From positions 1-43,142 of IMG/VR virus record IMGVR_UViG_3300020016_000017: a DNA stretch of 43,142 bases; one strand, 5' to 3'. Origin of the DNA: a virus. Its lineage: Duplodnaviria; Caudoviricetes. Every line of letters starts with the position of its first letter. Positions within the stretch are counted from its first letter, which is position 1. A program made the position numbers and the translations under genes. Positions 22,898-29,197 of this stretch are shown piece after piece. The notes below the pieces were generated by a model. The model saw nothing but the letters and a program-made list of their open reading frames with translations. It ran no database searches and was not told where the DNA came from.

Positions 22898-24339
22898 GAC
22901 CGGCGTCTGATCTCAGAGAATATCAGCAGAGAATAGCTACTTTTTTATATGAGCATGATGAAGGTCTTTGCGTGCTGCGCCCCGGCGGCGGCAAGACCGT
23001 CGCCGCGCTGACCGCGATCTGCGACCTGCTCGACGATGGTGTGATCCGTCACGCGCTGGTGATCGCGCCCAAGCGGGTCGCGCGCGTGGTGTGGCCGGAC
23101 GAGCTGGCGCAGTGGGAGCACACCGCCAAGCTGCTGACCTGTCAGGTGCTCGACGGCTCGCCCGAGAAGCGGCTGGCGGCGCTGAAAAATTCGATCGACT
23201 ACCAGCTCACCATCGTCGGGCTCGACGTGGTGCAGTGGCTGATGGAGGCGCTCCTAGACTTCCATACTGACCACGCGCTCTATGACCTGCTGGTGATCGA
23301 CGAGGCGAGCCGCCTGCGCAACCCGTCGGGCGAGCGCGCCAAGGCGCTGGCGAAGTATGCGCACCACTGGCGCATGATCTGGGGCCTGAGCGGAACGCTG
23401 CGCCCGTCGAGCGCGCTGGATTTATTCATGCCGGCGCGCGTGGTGACCCGCGGCAAGCTGTGGGGGCGTTCGTTCTGGCAGTGGCGCAAGGAACATTTCT
23501 ATCCCGTAGACTACAGCGGCTACGACTGGCGCGCTCTGCCCGGCGCCGAGGAGAAGCTGAACGCCGCCTTGGCGCCGCTCACCGTAACGGTGGCCGAGGG
23601 CGAGATGCCGACGGTCACCCCGACGATCGTGCTCGACAAGGTCGAGCTGCCGCCGGCCGCGCGCAAGCAGTACCGCGACATGCAGGCGCGCCTGATGGCA
23701 GACGCCGGCGACGAGCGGGTAATCGCCGGCTCCGCCGCGATCGCCACCGGCAAGCTGGCGCAGATGGCGAACGGCTTCGTCTACGGCGAGGGCGCGGACA
23801 TCCCGGCGAACGACGTCCACGACATTCACAACGCCAAGCGCGACTGGCTGCGCGATCTGATCGAGGAGGCGACCGCGCCGACCTTGATCGTCTACGAGTA
23901 TCAGGCCGACTGGCGCATGCTGGAGCACGAGGTCGTGCTGGCGACCAAGCAGGACTTCCGCTACCTCGGCGCCGGCGTCTCCGACAGGCAGGCCGCCGAG
24001 AACATCGCTGACTGGAACGCCGGCAGACTGCGCTTCATGGGCCTGCACCCGGCGAGCGGCGGGCACGGGCTCAACCTGCAGCACGGCGGCGCCGACATGG
24101 CGTGGATCTCGCCGACGTGGTCGCCCGAGTTGTGGGAGCAGACCATCGCGCGCCTCGCGCGCCCGGGCCAGACGCGGCCCGTCGTGGTGCGCGTGTGCGT
24201 GGCGACCGACACGGTCGACGAGCTGAAGCTCGATCGCGTCCACTTCAAGATGGGCGCGCAGGAGGCGTTCGAGGCGTGGCTGCGCCGTTGGCACGCGGAT
24301 GCTGCTCGTCAAAATGCGCCAGCGTGCCCCGCAGCGTGA
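22894..24339 (+). CDS. SNF2-family (DEAD-like) helicase
   Basis: LREYQ, PGGGKT, IDEAS, LSGT, GHGLNLQ, Q..ARL.R.GQ. Confidence 0.9.
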   Translation: MRPASDLREYQQRIATFLYEHDEGLCVLRPGGGKTVAALTAICDLLDDGVIRHALVIAPKRVARVVWPDELAQWEHTAKLLTCQVLDGSPEKRLAALKNSIDYQLTIVGLDVVQWLMEALLDFHTDHALYDLLVIDEASRLRNPSGERAKALAKYAHHWRMIWGLSGTLRPSSALDLFMPARVVTRGKLWGRSFWQWRKEHFYPVDYSGYDWRALPGAEEKLNAALAPLTVTVAEGEMPTVTPTIVLDKVELPPAARKQYRDMQARLMADAGDERVIAGSAAIATGKLAQMANGFVYGEGADIPANDVHDIHNAKRDWLRDLIEEATAPTLIVYEYQADWRMLEHEVVLATKQDFRYLGAGVSDRQAAENIADWNAGRLRFMGLHPASGGHGLNLQHGGADMAWISPTWSPELWEQTIARLARPGQTRPVVVRVCVATDTVDELKLDRVHFKMGAQEAFEAWLRRWHADAARQNAPACPAA

Positions 24340-24523
24340 TCGGGATCGCATCGATGATCTTGTCGCGCGTGTCGCCGTCGGTGCGCGCCAGCATGGTGGC
24401 GACCACGCGGATCAGCGTCAGCAGCACCACCGCCTTGGCCTTGCCGCGCATGATCGGCTCGATCTGGCGGTAGAGGTCCTCGACCATGCGGTTGGCGAGA
24501 TCGGCATCCGTCGTCGGTTTCAT
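24245..24523 (-). CDS. Hypothetical protein, 92 aa
   Basis: MKPTTDADLANRMV..., ATGA overlap with the gcrA stop; 3' end overlaps the helicase 3' end. Confidence 0.55.
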   Translation of the reverse strand: MKPTTDADLANRMVEDLYRQIEPIMRGKAKAVVLLTLIRVVATMLARTDGDTRDKIIDAIPITLRGTLAHFDEQHPRANGAATPRTPPARPS

Positions 24524-25017
24524 ACCCGCACCCTGTCGCGTTGCAGCTGCTGTCCGCAGCTGATCCCGGTGTGATAGGCGCAGTAGGTCTTGCCCGCGGT
24601 CGGCGCGCCGCAGAACAGGTAGGGCGTGCGATCGCCGTGCGGCCAGCGGCACGTGTTCTCGGTCAGCTGGAACAGCGTGATGCGGGTCCCCGGCGCCGGG
24701 CGCGGCACCTCCATCACCTTCCAGCGCGGCAGCACGCACGGCACCGGCTCGGGCGCGACCGCGGCCGGCGCCTCGGCCACCAGCGTCACGGCGCGCTTGC
24801 GCTTGTCGCCGCGGAATACCTTGGGCGGGCGCTTCGGCAGTCCCATGCGGCGGGCCTTCCCGATGCAGGAGTTCTTCGACACCTCCATACCCCATTCCGC
24901 CGACAGTTGCGCGGCGATCGCGTCGAACGACAGGTGCTTCTTGGCGTGCAGCGCGCGCAGCCGCGCCACGCGGCAGGCGTCCCAGATGATCTCGCCGGGG
25001 GCGTGGTGGTGCTTCAT
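24520..25017 (-). CDS. gcrA: GcrA-family cell-cycle regulator / sigma70 cofactor
   Basis: W...RV..L..L......S...IA..L....VSKNSCIGKARRMGL N-terminal HTH plus C-terminal L.QLTE.TCRWP.GD...FCG......YC..H. Confidence 0.88.
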   Translation of the reverse strand: MKHHHAPGEIIWDACRVARLRALHAKKHLSFDAIAAQLSAEWGMEVSKNSCIGKARRMGLPKRPPKVFRGDKRKRAVTLVAEAPAAVAPEPVPCVLPRWKVMEVPRPAPGTRITLFQLTENTCRWPHGDRTPYLFCGAPTAGKTYCAYHTGISCGQQLQRDRVRV

Positions 25018-25220
25018 CGCTTCTTTCCGTTGCTCATGTAGGCGCGCACCCGGTCGATCGTGGTCAGCCGCGGCAGGCGCCCGGACTGCAGCCGCGGGAT
25101 CAGGTGGCCGTCATTGGCCGCCAGAATGCCGAATTTTGTCCGGTCGAGATTGTTCCGGGCGCGGTAGTCGTTGATCTCCTCGATCAGTTTCCTGACGTCA
25201 GGATGAATCTTGATTTTCAT
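25014..25220 (-). CDS. Cro/XRE-like HTH protein
   Basis: LIEEI..Y.......TKFG..A.ND..L..RL..GR.PRL.T.DRV..YM, a pattern common in alphaproteobacterial phages. Confidence 0.7.
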   Translation of the reverse strand: MKIKIHPDVRKLIEEINDYRARNNLDRTKFGILAANDGHLIPRLQSGRLPRLTTIDRVRAYMSNGKKR

Positions 25221-25404
25221 GGTCACGTCTCGTGTACAGCCCGGCGAGCGCGGTGCGATTGGGTACGTCGAAGCGGACGTAGAGCAGATGCAGCATCATC
25301 TTGATGGTGCCCTCGGTGACGTTCATGGCGCGCGCGATGTGCTTGTTCGGCGCGCCGTCGATCAGATGGTCGAGCAGCTCGCGCTGCCGATCGGTCAGCC
25401 TCAT
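25198..25404 (-). CDS. Stand-alone LuxR/GerE-type HTH protein
   Basis: LTDRQRELL..L..G..NK.IA..M.VTEGTIK..L..LY.RFDV.NRT; ATG 25404 overlaps the upstream stop; 68 aa. Confidence 0.85.
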   Translation of the reverse strand: MRLTDRQRELLDHLIDGAPNKHIARAMNVTEGTIKMMLHLLYVRFDVPNRTALAGLYTRRDHENQDSS

Positions 25405-25754
25405 GGTTTCGTGTCCTCTCCGTCGCACAGCATCAGCTCCAGCCGGGCCAGCGCGTTCCACGCCACCTGCGCGGCGTGCAGCAGGCCGGTCTCGGGGTCG
25501 ACCGGCCCGTCGATCTCCTCGCCGGCCAGATGGCGCATCAGTGCGTCGCCGTAGCGGTCGACGCCGTCCGGCACGCTCTGCCAGCCCTTCCACGTATACT
25601 TGGTCGCGCCGTGTTGCGAGATGTCGGACACCGCGCCGAGCGCGCGCGGGAAATACTGCACCACGCCGCGCAGGATCGGGCTCTTGCCGGCGTCCAGCTT
25701 GGCGCCGGGCTGGTTCCGGGGGATGCCGTGCGGGTCGCGTTCCGGCTCTTGCAT
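25401..25754 (-). CDS. DUF5664-type dATP/dGTP diphosphohydrolase domain protein
   Basis: GAKLDAGK...GATKY....W......RY.DAL.RHL......DPETGLLHAAQVAWNAL. Confidence 0.8.
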   Translation of the reverse strand: MQEPERDPHGIPRNQPGAKLDAGKSPILRGVVQYFPRALGAVSDISQHGATKYTWKGWQSVPDGVDRYGDALMRHLAGEEIDGPVDPETGLLHAAQVAWNALARLELMLCDGEDTKP

Positions 25755-25756
25755 GC

Positions 25757-25771
25757 GTTAACTCCGTGTTA
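25757..25771 (-). promoter_or_regulatory. CtrA-binding box (TAA-N7-TTAAC)
   Basis: Minus strand reads cTAA-cacggag-TTAAC-gc-ATG; overlaps the GGAG RBS of the first gene of the gcrA operon. Confidence 0.55.
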
Positions 25772-25821
25772 GCAAATGGATGCTATCCCATTGATGGCTT
25801 AACCGCAATGGGAGACCTGCC

Positions 25822-25935
25822 ATGACCACGATCGCCGCCATCGCTTGGGGCCTGTCGTTTGCCTGCCTCGCCTGCGTCGTCAACCTGTGCATCATCTCGA
25901 CGATCCGCGGCGAGCCGCCGCGCGACGAGGAATAG
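25822..25935 (+). CDS. Small single-TM peptide, 37 aa
   Basis: GGGAGA RBS; MTTIAAIAWGLSFACLACVVNLCIISTIRGEPPRDEE. Confidence 0.5.
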   Translation: MTTIAAIAWGLSFACLACVVNLCIISTIRGEPPRDEE

Positions 25936-25958
25936 TTATCCGCAGCCTGATGTAGCAG

Positions 25959-25987
25959 TTGACACCCTGTGTCAGGCGTGCCATACA
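25959..25987 (+). promoter_or_regulatory. sigma70 promoter with palindromic operator over the -35 box
   Basis: TTGACA 25959-25964, 17 nt, CATACA 25982-25987; TGACAC-cct-GTGTCA at 25960-25974. Confidence 0.7.
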
Positions 25988-26012
25988 GGGTCACCGGCAA
26001 CGGAGACGACCA

Positions 26013-26924
26013 ATGACCCACCTCGACGACGACCTCTCGGACCTGCTCGGCGGCCCGCTCTCGGCCGCGCCGCGCGCGCCGGTCACCCCGCCCGCGACCT
26101 GCCGCCAGCCCTCGTTCACCGAGAAGTGCCCGAAGTGCCACGGCAGCGGCTCGTTCATCTCCTATTCTGGCCGTACCCTCGGCCCCTGCTTCGCCTGCAA
26201 GGGCAAGGGCAGCAACAGCTTCAAGACCAGCGCCGCCGACCGTGCCGCCACGCGCGAGAAGGTCGCCGAGCGCAAGGCGCGCAACCTCGCTGCCGACGTC
26301 GCCGCGTTCAACGAGCGCGAGCCTGCCGTGGCGGCGTGGATCGTGGCCGAGATGGGCAAGCCACAGCCGTTCGCCTTCGCGGTGGCGATGGCCGAGGCGC
26401 TGAACAAGTTCGGCGACCTGACCGACCGCCAGCTGGAGACGTGCCAGCGCCTCGCCGCCAAGGCGGCCGAGCGCGCCACGGAACGGGCCGCCAGCCGCGC
26501 AGCGGTGGCCGCCAGTGCGCCCGCCGTCGACGCCGCGGGCATCGACCGCCTCAAGGCCTCGTTCGATCAGGCGGTCGCCTACAGCGCCGCCAAGGGCCTC
26601 AAGCTGTCGCCGCGCATCACGATCGGCGGCATGACCATCTCGCCCGCCAAGGCGACCTCGGCCAACCCCGGCGCGCTCTACGTCAAGCAGTCGGGCGGCG
26701 AGCGCGCCTACCTCGGCAAGATCGCGCAGGGCCGCTTCTTCGCCTCGCGCGAGTGCTCGCCCGCCGACGCCGCCAAGGTGCAGCAGTTCGTCGCCGACCC
26801 GGCCGAGGCCGCCAAGGTCTACGGCCAGACCACCGGGACCTGCTGCATCTGCAACGCGACCCTGCGCAGCGAGTGGAAAAACCGCGGCATCGGCCCGATC
26901 TGCGCCGAAAAGTTCGGCTGGTAG
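26013..26924 (+). CDS. Zn-finger protein: N-terminal DnaJ-like CxxCxGxG pair and C-terminal DUF6011-like domain
   Basis: ATG 26013 with CGGAGA RBS; CPKCHGSG...CFACKGKG; YG..TG.CCICNATL.......GIGPICAEK; 303 aa. Confidence 0.8.
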   Translation: MTHLDDDLSDLLGGPLSAAPRAPVTPPATCRQPSFTEKCPKCHGSGSFISYSGRTLGPCFACKGKGSNSFKTSAADRAATREKVAERKARNLAADVAAFNEREPAVAAWIVAEMGKPQPFAFAVAMAEALNKFGDLTDRQLETCQRLAAKAAERATERAASRAAVAASAPAVDAAGIDRLKASFDQAVAYSAAKGLKLSPRITIGGMTISPAKATSANPGALYVKQSGGERAYLGKIAQGRFFASRECSPADAAKVQQFVADPAEAAKVYGQTTGTCCICNATLRSEWKNRGIGPICAEKFGW

Positions 26925-26935
26925 GGGAGGACACC

Positions 26936-27130
26936 ATGACCCAGAAGCAGTTCAACGCCGCCTGCGAGCGGCTCGGCATCGAGAGCCACCGCCGCGCCGC
27001 GCGCGTGCTCGGCCTCGGCCGCTCGACCGTGATCCGCTACGCCTCCGGCCGCACGCTCGCACCGGAGAGCATCAAGCGCCTGCTCATCATGCTGACCAAA
27101 CACGGTATCCCAGAGGAGTTCCTGCGATGA
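26936..27130 (+). CDS. Small XRE/Cro-type HTH regulator (Aca-like)
   Basis: GGGAGG RBS; MTQKQFNAACERLGIESHRRAARVLGLGRSTVIRYASG; 64 aa. Confidence 0.8.
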   Translation: MTQKQFNAACERLGIESHRRAARVLGLGRSTVIRYASGRTLAPESIKRLLIMLTKHGIPEEFLR

Positions 27131-27540
27131 AACGCGAAGACGCCGTCAAGAAGATCGGCAAGCTGCTCGGCAAGTGCTTCGGCTATCGCGTCGATCGCGA
27201 TGCGCCCGGCGCCGACGAGCACGCCGAGGCCAAGGCGCAGCTCCCGGCGCTGCGTACCGCCGAGGAGCAGGCCGAGGCCGCCATGAAGGCGCGGCGCGAG
27301 GCCATCTTGGCCGCGGATCTGGGCTACCAGACCTTGGTCGAGGACTACCGCGAGGCGCGCAAGCGCCGCCACGCGGCGGCATCGGCGGTGAGCCGCTACA
27401 AGATCACGGTCGGGGTGACGACCGAGCTGTTCTTCCACGTCAAGGCGCAAGGCCATTCGTGGGAGGACGTGATTGCGCAGCTGACTAGCCGCGGATCGGC
27501 GCACCAAAGGCGTGCCATCCCAGCAGCAGCAGCAGAATAA
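27127..27540 (+). CDS. Hypothetical protein, 137 aa
   Basis: ATGA overlap, GAGGAG RBS, central coiled coil. Confidence 0.75.
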   Translation: MKREDAVKKIGKLLGKCFGYRVDRDAPGADEHAEAKAQLPALRTAEEQAEAAMKARREAILAADLGYQTLVEDYREARKRRHAAASAVSRYKITVGVTTELFFHVKAQGHSWEDVIAQLTSRGSAHQRRAIPAAAAE

Positions 27541-27661
27541 ACAGCAACAGCGAGCCGCCGAGCGGATGCCACTGCCCGGCGGCGACGCCGGGCCAGTTCT
27601 GCCACAGGCCGAACACGAGCCAGAGCAGCATCAGTATCCAGAACACCAGACCAATGCTCAT
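27485..27661 (-). CDS. Two-TM membrane protein, holin candidate
   Basis: MSIGLVFWILMLLWLVFGLW...GGSLLLFILLLLLGWHAFG; last gene of the late operon; 58 aa. Confidence 0.6.
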   Translation of the reverse strand: MSIGLVFWILMLLWLVFGLWQNWPGVAAGQWHPLGGSLLLFILLLLLGWHAFGAPIRG

Positions 27662-27864
27662 CGTCGTACTCCGCAGCGTTGTGCCTGCACCATCGTCCGC
27701 GCCAGACGGCGGCACTCCGCCTCGGCGTTGATCGCGTCGATCTCGGCCCGGTCGTAGTAGGGCGGCGGGCGCGTGATGACCTCGTCGCCGCCGCGCCCGA
27801 ACCAGCCGCCGCCCACGGATGCGCAGCCCGACAGCAGCAAGGCCATCAGGGCTGCGCGGGTCAT
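27658..27864 (-). CDS. Small lipoprotein (o-spanin-like or exclusion lipoprotein)
   Basis: MTRAALMALLLSG-C lipobox; 68 aa. Confidence 0.65.
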   Translation of the reverse strand: MTRAALMALLLSGCASVGGGWFGRGGDEVITRPPPYYDRAEIDAINAEAECRRLARTMVQAQRCGVRR

Positions 27865-28259
27865 GGCGACGACGTTGTTTGTGCTCGCAGCATGGCAACG
27901 ACAGCTTCGGTCAGCGCGTCTAGCTGGATTTTTGTCGCGACGAAGTTCGCGGTCGAGAAATTGTCCGGGATGTTCTGCATCGCGGTCTTGACCGCGACGG
28001 CGACATCAAGTGCCGCCTCGACACCCGCGTCTATTCGTGCGTTGGCGCGCACAGCCTCAAGCGGAACATCGAGCACTGTTGGGCCGGGTATCGGGTAGGG
28101 CGCTTGCGGCGGCGGATTGAGGTGGTGTTCGACCAGCGCGGGGATTTCCGTCTCGCCCGCCGCCGTGGTGACGACGAACGGGTTGCCGGTGTCGGGCGTG
28201 ACGAGGAACGCCTTGCCAGCGTACACGTCTGGCATGAATGGTTCGTAGGTGTAGGCCAT
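27861..28259 (-). CDS. Hypothetical protein downstream of the tail fibre (possible fibre chaperone)
   Basis: ATG 28259 with GAGGA RBS; 132 aa. Confidence 0.65.
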   Translation of the reverse strand: MAYTYEPFMPDVYAGKAFLVTPDTGNPFVVTTAAGETEIPALVEHHLNPPPQAPYPIPGPTVLDVPLEAVRANARIDAGVEAALDVAVAVKTAMQNIPDNFSTANFVATKIQLDALTEAVVAMLRAQTTSSP

Positions 28260-28270
28260 GACAGTTTCCT

Positions 28271-29188
28271 CTACGCACTTGTCCGGTTGCGGAAAGCCAT
28301 GATGCCGAACGTCTGCGTCGACCCGGTTATGTTGGTCAGGGCATAGCCGCCTTGCGCCGAAGCGTAGGCCAGCGAGATGGACGGCGTGCCCGCGGCGGTG
28401 CTGCCCGTCTTTGACACGGCGCCGCCGCCACACACGAAAATCTCGGTCACGCCGATGCTGTGCGCCGTGACGAAGATCACACCGGAAAAATTTTCAATGA
28501 CGCAAACCAGCGCGCCGTTGGCGGCCGTCCGGGTGTTTTGCGTCGCGTCGATGGTATACTCGGTCTCGGTCGTGTTGGTGGGGATAAGTTTCCCTTGATA
28601 GAACAAATCCCCGGCAATCGTTCCGCCCGCCAGCGGCAGTTTGGTGGCGTCGGCCGCGTCAACATAATCCTTGCGCACCGCATTGGTGGCGGCGGGACCG
28701 GCAGGAAGCGCAAGGTGGCCCGTCATCGTGTCGCCGGTCACGTTGACGTAGTCGGCGTCGGTCCCCACCCGCACCCACGGTTGCCATGTACTCCATCTCG
28801 TTCGGGTGTATTTGATCGCCGGGATGCCGTGAACATATGCTTCCAGCGCCATCGCGCCGCCGTCATAGATGTGGCAGATGCCGGAAATAACTGAGACACC
28901 GCCATCCGGCGCGGCTGTTGCACCCGGAGCAGACTTGAACGATCCTGCCTCCCACGGATGGGTGTCGTAGTTGGTCACCACCTGTGTCGAGACTTCGGCG
29001 CCGATGTTGGTGCGCGCCGCAGTCGCACTGGTGGCGCCCGTGCCGCCGGCAACGATCGGGCGCGCTGCGTTGAGATCGGCGGCAACGTCGGCGACGTTGG
29101 CGTTGTATTTGCTGCTCTCGATCGTCGTGTCGGGCACCGCCGTGGTGCCGGCGGGCGTGGTGTAGATACCTGAACCGTCGCGCGGCAT
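28271..29188 (-). CDS. Tail fibre / receptor-binding protein
   Basis: MPRDGSG.Y..P.G...V..TTIES..YN..V.D....LN..RP..AGGTGA anchor; GDTMTG.L and K.YVD shaft motifs; lower-GC C-terminal domains. Confidence 0.8.
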   Translation of the reverse strand: MPRDGSGIYTTPAGTTAVPDTTIESSKYNANVADVAADLNAARPIVAGGTGATSATAARTNIGAEVSTQVVTNYDTHPWEAGSFKSAPGATAAPDGGVSVISGICHIYDGGAMALEAYVHGIPAIKYTRTRWSTWQPWVRVGTDADYVNVTGDTMTGHLALPAGPAATNAVRKDYVDAADATKLPLAGGTIAGDLFYQGKLIPTNTTETEYTIDATQNTRTAANGALVCVIENFSGVIFVTAHSIGVTEIFVCGGGAVSKTGSTAAGTPSISLAYASAQGGYALTNITGSTQTFGIMAFRNRTSA

Positions 29189-29197
29189 GGTGCTCCC

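Noticed and set aside
20010-25754. 2-aminoadenine (Z) genome system
   Set aside because: PolA and a DUF5664 gene are present, but no PurZ or HD-domain dATPase is recognisable.
28271-29188. Diversity-generating retroelement or invertible tail-fibre cassette
   Set aside because: No reverse transcriptase, invertase or template/variable repeat pair seen.
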